The notes under the pieces are model-generated. The model worked only from the letters and a program-made list of their open reading frames with translations, was not told where the DNA came from and made no database searches. Source: a virus. Taken from it: a stretch of DNA of 20,180 nt. Positions 8,086 to 16,114 of this stretch are shown here, piece by piece. Made by a program: the position numbers and the translations under genes. The stretch is from positions 85,309 through 105,488 of the IMG/VR virus record IMGVR_UViG_3300044998_000260. One strand, written 5' to 3'. Numbering within the stretch: position 1 is the stretch's first letter; the number at the start of each line of letters is the position of its first letter.

Positions 8086-8549
8086 TTATTTGACCCGTGT
8101 GCACACGACCTGCTGATCGTTTTTATACCATCCAGCAGGATTCTCGCCTTGCGTCACGATGATCGTCTCTTGCTGTGCCGTGTAATTGAAACATTTCCAA
8201 TACATGTCTTTACCGCTTTGCACCGCGTCATATATAAATATGATCACGAGCAGTATGGGCACGGCGAGGAAGAAAAGAAGTGCATAATAAAACCGACCAA
8301 AAATCAAGAGGTGAAGAAGAAAACCAAGAAAGCCACCATCTTTCAGAGAATCGTTGTTTTTCACGGGATCGTCCAGGTATTGGGTGCGCGCGCACAATCC
8401 ATGTGCGGTGGCCGGTGACCCGGCCAAACATAAGTGGGTTCATCAATTCCATCACTGCAAAGCCAGACGGGCTCGCTGATCAAAAACACTGCTGTTGCGG
8501 CAATGAGAACAAATATCGCCACGCAGAGAAGCTGTTTCGTCACGTTCAT
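8086..8549 (-). pseudogene. membrane protein apparently split by a frameshift (or two overlapping ORFs)
   Basis: A TM-bearing ORF from ATG 8549 stops at 8361. A second TM-bearing frame (8086-8427) overlaps it across a GCGCGCGC run. Confidence 0.5.
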
Positions 8550-8555
8550 GGTTGA

Positions 8556-8584
8556 AACATAACGGCTGCGGGTCAAAAAGTCAA
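8556..8584 (-). promoter_or_regulatory. promoter TTGACT-17-TATGTT, leaderless geometry
   Basis: The -10 ends 6 nt before the ATG at 8549. Confidence 0.65.
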
Positions 8585-8726
8585 GTGTGCGCCGGTCCCG
8601 AAAAGCATTTAATTTAATTAACTCGAGTCACGTATATTATATATACCAGTTCCAGAAATTGTGCAAAAACGCTAAAACGTGCAACTTGGCAACTAAATAG
8701 CTAGCTAATCTGCTGAACATCATATA

Positions 8727-8960
8727 GAAATCTGAAAACCGGGAGATCTGAAAACGTGAAGATCCGAGCCGGAATGTTTGCCGAGCTGAAAACATGAAGA
8801 TCTGAACATGTGGAGATCCGAGCTGAAAACGTGAAGATCTGAACATGTAGAGCTCTGAACCGGAAAACAGGGCTTGTTACTGAGCCGGAATGTTTGCCGA
8901 GCTGAAAACCGGAAGATCTGAACATGTGAAGATCTGAGCTGAAAACATGAACCGAAGAAT
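8727..8960. repeat. Array C: GAAGATCTGAACATGT / GAGCTGAAAAC mosaic repeats
   Basis: Repeated AGATCYGARC and CTGAAAAC units; GAGCCGGAATGTTTGCCGAGCTGAAAAC occurs twice. Confidence 0.9.
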
Positions 8961-9000
8961 TTCCCGTTAAAAATTTTGAAAAGCTAGACACACGAGGGCG

Positions 9001-9073
9001 TATACTTTACCAATTATATATTGTATATGATGTGTAGAATTATATTATCTGTTTTTGTTATAATTTAAATATC
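9001..9073. other. AT-rich core between oppositely oriented arrays C and D
   Basis: Very AT-rich tract followed by the hairpin CATACCC-GTT-GGGTATG (9074-9090). Confidence 0.6.
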
Positions 9074-9083
9074 CATACCCGTT

Positions 9084-9497
9084 GGGTATGAGCACCTCAC
9101 GTTTCCGGCTCAGAACTTGAAGCTCGGATTGGATCAGCTCGGATTGGATCAGCTCAGAACTTGAAGCTCGGATTGGATCAGCTCGGATTGGATCAGCTCG
9201 GATTGGATCAGCTCAGAACTTGAAGCTCGGATTGGATCAGCTCGGATTGGATCAGCTCGGAACTTGAGGCTCAGAACTTGAGGCTCAGATTGGATCAGCT
9301 CGGATTGGATCAGCTCAGAACTTGAAGTTCGGATTGGATCAGCTCAGAACTTAAGGCTCGGAACTTAAGGCTCAGAACTTGAGGCTCAGAACTTGAAGCT
9401 CGGATTGGATCAGCTCAGAACTTGGGGCTCGGATTGGATCAGCTCAGAACTCATGAGGCTCGGAATTCATGGGTATGAGCACTTTACGTTTCCAGCT
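9084..9497. repeat. Array D: 25 tandem units of two types, bracketed by 27-bp direct repeats
   Basis: 12 x GCTCGGATTGGATCA (15 bp) and 13 x GCTCRGAACTTRRR-type (~14 bp) units at 9108-9470. Flanks GGGTATGAGCACYTYACGTTTCCRGCT at 9084-9110 and 9471-9497. Confidence 0.95.
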
Positions 9498-9582
9498 TGG
9501 TTTGGATTCGATTGGATTTTGGTTCGGTTTAAATCGGAATCTGGTTTGGATTTCAGCTTGGTTTGGATTCGATTGGTTCAGT
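9493..9582. repeat. Array E: degenerate TTGGTTTGGATT repeats
   Basis: CAGCTTGGTTTGGATTCGATTGG occurs twice. Confidence 0.75.
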
Positions 9583-9589
9583 TTTTATA

Positions 9590-10186
9590 TTATTCATCAT
9601 CAGCGGTGATCCGATCATAGTCATCGGCCATGTCATCCCAATTGACGTTGAGCTGTTGTGCATCTAACTGAAGTTCTTCAGGAGCAGCGTAGGTGACCGC
9701 CGTGTCAGGTGCGAGCACATCTTTGCGAAGCGTGCCGGTAGTTAAATAGTAACAATTGTAGCAAATTAAATTGAGATTATTTAGTGCAAGATTATTGCTA
9801 TCATCGTCACGATAGGTCATCACGAATGGGCCTCGGCCATCAGGTTTGACCTTGTTGAAACCGCAATACCCGCAACTCTGTTCCAGCATACCCGCTCGGA
9901 TCAATCGTTCTTTCAGTCGATTCCGGTCATACCCCGGTCGTCGGCCTTCCAATATTTCGTTGAGGCCAAACGCATTCTTGCGACGAATCTTGCTCACCCC
10001 TCGACCCGACTTATTCTTAAATTCGGTATCATAGAGTTCATACGCCTTGGCATAGCGTTTATAGGTCGTAAAGTTGACTTGGAGATATTGAGCGGCTTGA
10101 CGATGACTATTGGTATTGGCTTGCGCATGTTCAATGTCACGCTTTAAGAGCGGTCGTTTGCGACCGACTTTTGGGCTGATTGGCAT
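9590..10186 (-). CDS. HTH plus degenerate HNH/zinc-finger protein
   Basis: HTH-like SHRQAAQYLQVNFTTYKRY; CGYC and NLNLICYNC. The catalytic DH position reads TY. SD AGGAG. Confidence 0.8.
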   Translation of the reverse strand: MPISPKVGRKRPLLKRDIEHAQANTNSHRQAAQYLQVNFTTYKRYAKAYELYDTEFKNKSGRGVSKIRRKNAFGLNEILEGRRPGYDRNRLKERLIRAGMLEQSCGYCGFNKVKPDGRGPFVMTYRDDDSNNLALNNLNLICYNCYYLTTGTLRKDVLAPDTAVTYAAPEELQLDAQQLNVNWDDMADDYDRITADDE

Positions 10187-10208
10187 TTATACACATCTCC
10201 TGTATAAT
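10180..10208 (+). promoter_or_regulatory. promoter TTGGCA-17-TATAAT
   Basis: Near-consensus with a 17-bp spacer. It overlaps the start of the 9590..10186 gene and points into the non-coding locus. Confidence 0.55.
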
Positions 10209-10217
10209 CGTTCTCAT

Positions 10218-10251
10218 AAAGAAAATCCCCGCCACTTGGGCGGGGATTCTC
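10218..10251 (-). terminator. intrinsic terminator
   Basis: AATCCCCGCC/GGCGGGGATT stem followed by TTCTTT on the minus strand. Confidence 0.75.
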
Positions 10252-10630
10252 CGTGACCTCACCGGTCGCAGTAATAATAACCTTCAAGAAAAATGGATCG
10301 GTGCCGGAATAGGTAATAATATTAATTTAATTAATCACCGGCTCTTCCGGTGCTTCGTATCAGGCGGGACCAACCCGCATTTCCTTGTTCAAAGCAAGGC
10401 GTCTTGTTTTATTAGACGACTGAAGTTGCACGGGTGTGCGCTGTACACCATCGACCCAACTTTTCTGTTACCCAAGTTTACCCATACTAGCTTGAGCCCT
10501 CTGCCATATATTATTTTCAATCATAAATATGCCTATGTCGGCAGGGACCGACGTATGATACCATATGGGGGAGACATCATACCCGCGCTTGACTCGGATA
10601 GGGGTGGTTAGATACCACCAACCACGCTTT
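10252..10630. ncRNA. putative multi-hairpin RNA, strand unresolved
   Basis: Serial hairpins: GTGACC/GGTCGC, CACCGG/CCGGTG, GCGGG/CCCGC, CCTTG/CAAGG, CGTCT/AGACG, GGTGTGC/GTACACC, TATGTCGG/CCGACGTA, GGTGG/CCACC. Confidence 0.45.
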
Positions 10631-10702
10631 CAATTAAATTTTTCATTTTTGCGTCTCGTTCACCATCTTGGTTGAAGTAGACTCGCCGTTTTTCATCATC
10701 AT

Positions 10703-10912
10703 TCATCCGTCGTCACGACCTCCGAACAGGCGGCAGGCATCGCCGGTGAGTTTTGAGTGGATCTCACAACCTGCGTGTGGTTCTCGCACCCACCGGCGTC
10801 GAACTGGTGGCTCCTCACTCACCAGTTGAACATCTTCGCGCCGTCTTACTATCCGGAGTCGCCTGTTTCGGAGGCTCCCCGTGTCATTCACGTTCCGGCG
10901 GAGATGGATCAC
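10703..10912 (-). ncRNA. putative structured RNA or leader (~210 nt)
   Basis: Long stem 10860-10874/10719-10732 encloses stems 10820-10827/10802-10809 and 10789-10798/10741-10750. It begins just after a perfect promoter. Confidence 0.6.
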
Positions 10913-10918
10913 TCTATA

Positions 10919-10947
10919 ATTATAACCAGTAGAAACTTATTTGTCAA
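10919..10947 (-). promoter_or_regulatory. perfect sigma70 promoter TTGACA-17-TATAAT
   Basis: Exact consensus and spacing. Confidence 0.9.
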
Positions 10948-11468
10948 GCGATAATTGTGAATCCCTTTTCGTTAAGGGAATTGATGATATTTGCTAGATC
11001 CACAATATTAATAGTCTTTGTGGCGGTAGTCTTTGTAGTCTTGCTTGTGGACGCCTTTTTATTTGACTTCAGGCGATATTCGGAAACCATCTGGCCGATG
11101 TGCTTTGGAGTACGCTTCCGAAGAATATTGGCAAACTTCGGGTTGGCCTTGATTAACTGCTTCTGACGTTCCTCGTTAGAGGCACCGACTTCGAGGTTTA
11201 CGCCGCTAAATGAAAGAAGGTTAATTGGGGCTCGTTCGTGTGCCATAAAATGATGCTCCTTACAGTATACTTTTACGTTATTTATTTCGTCCTTGCCGCC
11301 TTGTGCGACAGGAACTATGTGATGAATTTCAAGAATGTCTTTGCGTGTTTCTTTACATCCTCGCCACTCACACGTTGTACCTCTTATTCGAAAAACGCGA
11401 TTACGGAAGTGAGGTCTATTACCACGTTTACGTTTACGTTTTACGGACATAATGGACATATGATCCAT
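10944..11468 (-). CDS. HNH endonuclease
   Basis: CEWRGC...LEIHHIVPVAQGGKDEINNVKVYCKEHH. The start could be any of the first three Met codons. Confidence 0.85.
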   Translation of the reverse strand: MDHMSIMSVKRKRKRGNRPHFRNRVFRIRGTTCEWRGCKETRKDILEIHHIVPVAQGGKDEINNVKVYCKEHHFMAHERAPINLLSFSGVNLEVGASNEERQKQLIKANPKFANILRKRTPKHIGQMVSEYRLKSNKKASTSKTTKTTATKTINIVDLANIINSLNEKGFTIIA

Positions 11469-11781
11469 ATCCCTTTTCTTGCATTACCGTTTCATCACTG
11501 ACCGGCTTGCCGTGGTATTCAGACCAATCCCACTTATCGGCATTTTCCAGAGTACCAAAAAACCATCGAAAGTTCGGCGCGAGTTTGCTCTTGGCACCAA
11601 GAATGTCGCCGGCCTTTGCCGTTTTCACATCGGTTCTGGCCACGAAATATCTGACCTTGCCATCTACATACACCTTGTCAAACTTACGACCGGTTTCAAT
11701 GAAAGGCTCTCGAGCGGGTCCGATTAAATCGACTAATCGCTGAATAAGCAGCGCGTGTGTCTTGTCAGTGTTTCTTGCCAT
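11434..11781 (-). CDS. phage hypothetical protein (115 aa)
   Basis: SD AGAGGA and its own promoter; GRKFDKV...GDILGAKS..APN pattern. Confidence 0.85.
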   Translation of the reverse strand: MARNTDKTHALLIQRLVDLIGPAREPFIETGRKFDKVYVDGKVRYFVARTDVKTAKAGDILGAKSKLAPNFRWFFGTLENADKWDWSEYHGKPVSDETVMQEKGYGSYVHYVRKT

Positions 11782-11807
11782 TTGGGTTCCTCTGAAAGTA
11801 TATAAAT

Positions 11808-11836
11808 AAGATAACTAATGCTAACATTTATGTCAA
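11808..11836 (-). promoter_or_regulatory. promoter TTGACA-17-TATCTT
   Basis: Consensus -35 and 17-bp spacer. Confidence 0.75.
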
Positions 11837-11965
11837 GGGGCCGGTCGGGTGTTTCCGTGTACATCGACTTTCGGCCCCGCCACTAATCCAATAAAGGGCA
11901 ATCCAAAATGATGCCCACCCAGACGACTTAAAAAAGAACGCGGCGATGAAGGCCAGTAAAATCAT

Positions 11966-14044
11966 TTATTGACCTCCATTCACCATGATCTTGTTGAGTG
12001 TACGAGCAATGCTGGTAACATTGGCCGGATCAATGAAATGTGCATCCTGACCATACATCTTACGGAAACCCGCGTGTTCCTGCTTGCTGTGACCAATGTA
12101 ATAACTCATTACCTGAATACCATTGGCACGGAACTCCTGCATCATACGACGTGTGTGTTTATACGCCGATTCACCGCCGTACGAGTAGTGGCGACCCTTC
12201 CACTCAAATCCGTGGCCGGGTTCACCATCCGACAGATTGATGAAATACTTCTTAGCACCCTTGCTCGTCTTGAGAATTTCTTCCTTGACCGCTTCGAAGC
12301 ACAGTGCTTCCGGCGTCCCGCCGGCCGCCGACAGATACGGCACCACATCACGAACGCGCTGGAACTTGTGACGCTTGCTATCATAGATAATTGCCAAATG
12401 GGCGTGTGACGAACCGCCGTCACGAACCGCAATCGTACAATTCATCTTACGATTCTTTTCCGCCGCGTAAGCAATAGCCACGGCAAGCGTCATCGCCTGG
12501 CGGAACTTCTCACCCATCATCGAACCACTCAGGTCGATATCGAGCCATACATCAACAGGCTGACGCTGTTCAGTAACAATATGATGGAACACCTTTTCGT
12601 TACCATATCCAAATCCCGAAATCAGTCGCTTATCAATACGCCCAGTTTCCTGACGAGTAAACTTCAACGGTTTCTCATCCTGTACTACGGAAATACGTGA
12701 GGCAAGAACCTGACCCATACGAATGCCGTCAGCGACTGCACGTTCTGCATCGGGGTTGCGGCCGACGTTACGACCATATCCATAAGCACCGAATCGCATA
12801 GGGAACGAATCACTCTGGACTGTCCGCTTGGTAACTTCCCGATAAATGATAATCGGACACTTAACATTACGACCAATGAAATTGCCTTCCACGGTCTTAA
12901 AATCGGCCTTGGAATCCTCAAGCATCTGGAGATCTCGCATAATCCGATTTGACAGCGTCTCCTTTTGTTCATTGAGCGCCGAGTGGTCAAGGAACTTACG
13001 CTGCTTGTTGAGCGCGGCGTCGAGTTCTTTACCAGACACGGGACGATATTCGACTTCACCATCGCTGTTTTCGTTTGTCGGCGAAAAGTCCATATTCGGC
13101 ATATCAGTAACAACCGTCTTGACATTCCGCAACTTCATATCATCCGACCGACCATTCTCACTTGTGACCGACTTGCTATTACGGACGATGATTTCCGCAA
13201 TACGAAGCGCATCCGCAAACAACAGAGGCAGATGATCGTGATTGACCGTGTCCATACCAGCCCACCGACGCCACCCAATATCCTCGTCACCACGAGCAAA
13301 CAAACCCTTGCGAGTGAAGTTTACAATGTCACGAATCTTGTCAAGATCGGGGAGCGCAGTAACATCGAAATGCTTGTTCGTCATATTGATAACGAACAAT
13401 TCGTAATTGCGAACGGACGGATCACGGAACTTGGGATCGCGCAGCGCGTTGTCAATCTTCGGAGTGTGCCAATGTGCATCATACAACGCCTGGTAGTACG
13501 GGCGATACCCGCTCGCGTTTTCGTACATCCACAGGTCGATACGACGATCTTCCATGTAATTCATCATCATCTGAATGAGCTGACGAACCTGCGATTCGGT
13601 CATGCCAATCTTGGCAGCGTCTGCCAGAATCGTGCTCTTACTGATAAGATCACGGAAGTTCTTTTCCATCTTCGGAAGAAATGCCAATGACTCATTGCTG
13701 AGAAGGCAGTGCGACGCCTCGTGCAACGCCAGACCGACCTGTACGTCAATCTTCGACGGATCAAGGTCGGCGGAAATCACGACCTGCTTGCCATCGGTGT
13801 AACTGAGCTTGCCACTTGAGAAAATCACGGGGATATTACGTCCAGTGACAATCTGAACGAAATTGCCGATGGCACGCTGCACGATGCGAAGCCGCCGCAA
13901 ATGTTCGGGCGAACCTATTTCGCACTGCGTCATCATTTCTTCGGCTTCATCGCCGAGCCAATAAACGCTGTGCTGTTCACGAGCCTTGGCAATCCGTTCT
14001 TGGATGCGCTTCTGAACGTATGGATTCTGGATAGTAGTAGTCAT
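11966..14044 (-). CDS. CobT-like protein: N-terminal HEXXH domain plus C-terminal VWA domain
   Basis: HEASH, NYMEDRRI, MIDAS DLSGSM, GGTP and LSDGEP; adjacent to a MoxR-type ATPase. Confidence 0.9.
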   Translation of the reverse strand: MTTTIQNPYVQKRIQERIAKAREQHSVYWLGDEAEEMMTQCEIGSPEHLRRLRIVQRAIGNFVQIVTGRNIPVIFSSGKLSYTDGKQVVISADLDPSKIDVQVGLALHEASHCLLSNESLAFLPKMEKNFRDLISKSTILADAAKIGMTESQVRQLIQMMMNYMEDRRIDLWMYENASGYRPYYQALYDAHWHTPKIDNALRDPKFRDPSVRNYELFVINMTNKHFDVTALPDLDKIRDIVNFTRKGLFARGDEDIGWRRWAGMDTVNHDHLPLLFADALRIAEIIVRNSKSVTSENGRSDDMKLRNVKTVVTDMPNMDFSPTNENSDGEVEYRPVSGKELDAALNKQRKFLDHSALNEQKETLSNRIMRDLQMLEDSKADFKTVEGNFIGRNVKCPIIIYREVTKRTVQSDSFPMRFGAYGYGRNVGRNPDAERAVADGIRMGQVLASRISVVQDEKPLKFTRQETGRIDKRLISGFGYGNEKVFHHIVTEQRQPVDVWLDIDLSGSMMGEKFRQAMTLAVAIAYAAEKNRKMNCTIAVRDGGSSHAHLAIIYDSKRHKFQRVRDVVPYLSAAGGTPEALCFEAVKEEILKTSKGAKKYFINLSDGEPGHGFEWKGRHYSYGGESAYKHTRRMMQEFRANGIQVMSYYIGHSKQEHAGFRKMYGQDAHFIDPANVTSIARTLNKIMVNGGQ

Positions 14045-14050
14045 ACTCTG

Positions 14051-14106
14051 AATCTAACGACTTGAATTGTAAAAATCAAGTCTGGTTGTGTAACAAGTTT
14101 GTAACA
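14051..14106 (-). promoter_or_regulatory. leaderless promoter TTGATT-17-TAGATT with upstream TGTTACA-N4-TGTTACA box
   Basis: -10 at 14051-14056, 6 nt from the ATG; -35 at 14074-14079; boxes at 14089-14095 and 14100-14106. Confidence 0.7.
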
Positions 14107-14112
14107 CCGAAA

Positions 14113-15312
14113 TTACCGATATTCCCAGGGAAGGCCCTCGCCGTTTGGATCGTTCAGCGTGAACGGGCTCTTCACATCATCGAGACGAGTCGGCATGTGC
14201 TTCTGTACGATACTCTTGACGAATGTGCGTTCGCTATCCGTGCCACCCGCATCGCTGAACGCGGGATACACCGTAACTTCCACTGCCTCGTCGAGCGTGA
14301 AACCATCATGCAACAGCTCGGCGATTTCGATGGTCATACGAGTGCTGACGATGTTGCTAACCTTGGGGTCATTCGACTTCGCATCGCGGCGAATATCATT
14401 GGCGATATTGACCACCGCTTGAATCAGACGATCATTGACCTCAGGGAAACGTTCCTTGAGTAGATTGTATTCGTCGTCACGATTGAGCGGCTCCACTTCG
14501 ATAACAGTGAAACGATCCATAAGTGCCGCATCGAGCGTTCGCGTTGCCGTAAACGAGTGGCCGATGTTTGCCGTGGCGATAAATGTCACGCCGGGTGCCA
14601 CCGCGATAGTCGGCGTATCGGGTGCTTCATCAATACGAAGGAAACGCTGCTTGTAGTCGAGCACGGGCATCAACAGGTTCCACGCATCGGGGTGGGCGCG
14701 AGTCAACTCGTCCAAAAGAACGATGGCATTTGGCGTCTTAATCGCATTTACGAAATACGATTCGGCCACGAACGTACCTTCGCCTTCCCGGAAATGCGTG
14801 TTACCAACAATCACGCTGCGGGGATCCTGTGTGGAACCGAGCGGAATATTGAAAATCGGACGATTGAGCACTTCGGAAAGTGTGAATGCGAGCACGGTCT
14901 TACCACAACCCTGCGGACCAGTAACCATCATATTCTTGCCACGCATTGCGGCGCGGATCGCAAATCGCCACTTGAGGTCGCTCATCTTGTACGATTGTGG
15001 CCGAATTGCGGCTGCGTTCGTGATGAACTTGACGATCTTGTTGTGATCCATTTCCAGATCATTGAAATTTCGGGTGGCGTGATTCTTAGCCACTGCCTCA
15101 TACTCGGCCATGCTGACCTTACGCCACTGCAAACCGTTCGCAGCTTTTGTGGCCTTGAGCGCCATATTTGCCTCGAATGCCCTGGCCATCTGATAGCTCT
15201 CGAACAAATCGGTCAGATCATCGCCGTTCGTATTCATCGCATGATAACGGCTGCCATCCTTAGTGATCTTGACAATGGTTCCGACGAGATTCTTGTTTAC
15301 GGTAGCGTTCAC
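14113..15312 (-). CDS. MoxR/CobS/CbbQ-like AAA+ ATPase
   Basis: GPQGCGKT, VLLDELTRA, FIATAN and LDAALMDRF; GTG start with SD GAGGA. Confidence 0.92.
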   Translation of the reverse strand: MNATVNKNLVGTIVKITKDGSRYHAMNTNGDDLTDLFESYQMARAFEANMALKATKAANGLQWRKVSMAEYEAVAKNHATRNFNDLEMDHNKIVKFITNAAAIRPQSYKMSDLKWRFAIRAAMRGKNMMVTGPQGCGKTVLAFTLSEVLNRPIFNIPLGSTQDPRSVIVGNTHFREGEGTFVAESYFVNAIKTPNAIVLLDELTRAHPDAWNLLMPVLDYKQRFLRIDEAPDTPTIAVAPGVTFIATANIGHSFTATRTLDAALMDRFTVIEVEPLNRDDEYNLLKERFPEVNDRLIQAVVNIANDIRRDAKSNDPKVSNIVSTRMTIEIAELLHDGFTLDEAVEVTVYPAFSDAGGTDSERTFVKSIVQKHMPTRLDDVKSPFTLNDPNGEGLPWEYR

Positions 15313-15350
15313 GGTAATTCCTCGGTGGTTGGTCTTATGATTACAACTTA

Positions 15351-15395
15351 AAACTACTCAATAACAACGAAGAAGTCAATCCCCTATATGTAACA
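15351..15395 (-). promoter_or_regulatory. promoter TTGACT-17-TAGTTT with a TGTTACA half-site
   Basis: The half-site at 15389-15395 has the same 10-nt offset from the -35 edge as the box at 14089. Confidence 0.6.
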
Positions 15396-15427
15396 AAAAA
15401 ACCCGCTTTTAGGCGGGTTTTGTTACA
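15389..15427 (-). terminator. intrinsic terminator flanked by inverted TGTTACA
   Basis: AAAACCCGC/GCGGGTTTT stem with a T-run on the minus strand. Confidence 0.7.
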
Positions 15428-15660
15428 AATCGTTGAATTATATTATCTATTTGAATTTCTAATTGTTTTTGTTGAATTGGATCGTATACGCCGAAACTTT
15501 CCCACGATGAAATCGTTTCATGTTCCATTCCCGGCGACCATTCTCGCGTTCCATCGGGTTTTACAACACACACAATCTTGCCATTTGATGCATATAAATA
15601 TGCACCGGTACGTTTCACATCCAATGTAGGCCATTCGACGTGTTCATCGTGCTCATGCAT
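15409..15660 (-). CDS. hypothetical protein (83 aa)
   Basis: Overlaps the upstream stop and ends in a terminator. Confidence 0.75.
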   Translation of the reverse strand: MHEHDEHVEWPTLDVKRTGAYLYASNGKIVCVVKPDGTREWSPGMEHETISSWESFGVYDPIQQKQLEIQIDNIIQRFVTKPA

Positions 15661-16114
15661 TTAACTCACTCAACGTATCGGGGTCATACATATCATATAA
15701 TTGCTTTGCGAGACTTTTCGTTTCTCGAATCGCAAAGTTCATGTCTCGATAATTGACTACATGTGCTTGGTCGATACGTTTTGGTTTGAAGTCATGTTCA
15801 CCCATAAAGTGGAATCCAATCCACCAACGGCGGATCGGCGGATTGAAAAAAAGATCTTCACTGGGTGCGATGCCCGCGAAACTTACACTATTATGAACAT
15901 CAACAAATTCAAATACGGTATGTGTTTTATTGGTCAAATAAACAGGATGTTGTGGTGGAATACCTACAAAGGCACGCCATGCACCACAGTCGGGAATTCG
16001 ATGCATAACACAGGCAAATGATGTCGTTTCGTCTATCCAACGAACACAATCAGGTTCCTGTTGCCACGGTCCTGGTAGCCAATCCTCCTTGTCGTATATC
16101 TTCAGTTGGTACAT
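15653..16114 (-). CDS. phage hypothetical protein (~153 aa)
   Basis: GPWQQEPD...FVGIP..HP...WWIGF...YRD pattern; ATG at 16114 follows SD GAGGAG. Confidence 0.8.
   Translation of the reverse strand: MYQLKIYDKEDWLPGPWQQEPDCVRWIDETTSFACVMHRIPDCGAWRAFVGIPPQHPVYLTNKTHTVFEFVDVHNSVSFAGIAPSEDLFFNPPIRRWWIGFHFMGEHDFKPKRIDQAHVVNYRDMNFAIRETKSLAKQLYDMYDPDTLSELNA

Noticed and set aside
9108-9470. CRISPR array or coding repeat
   Set aside because: Units abut with no unique spacers, and the mixed 14/15-bp units break any reading frame.
10400-10470. Resemblance to RNase P or tracrRNA fragments (AACAGAAA; TCTAATAAAACAAG on minus)
   Set aside because: The RNase P core GAGGAAAGTCC is absent, and there is no matching CRISPR repeat or cas9. 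Short matches like these are expected by chance.
10567-10620. tRNA or tmRNA end (GGGG...T-arm-like hairpin...CCACCA)
   Set aside because: No acceptor stem or cloverleaf, and the loop TTAGATA deviates from the T-loop consensus.
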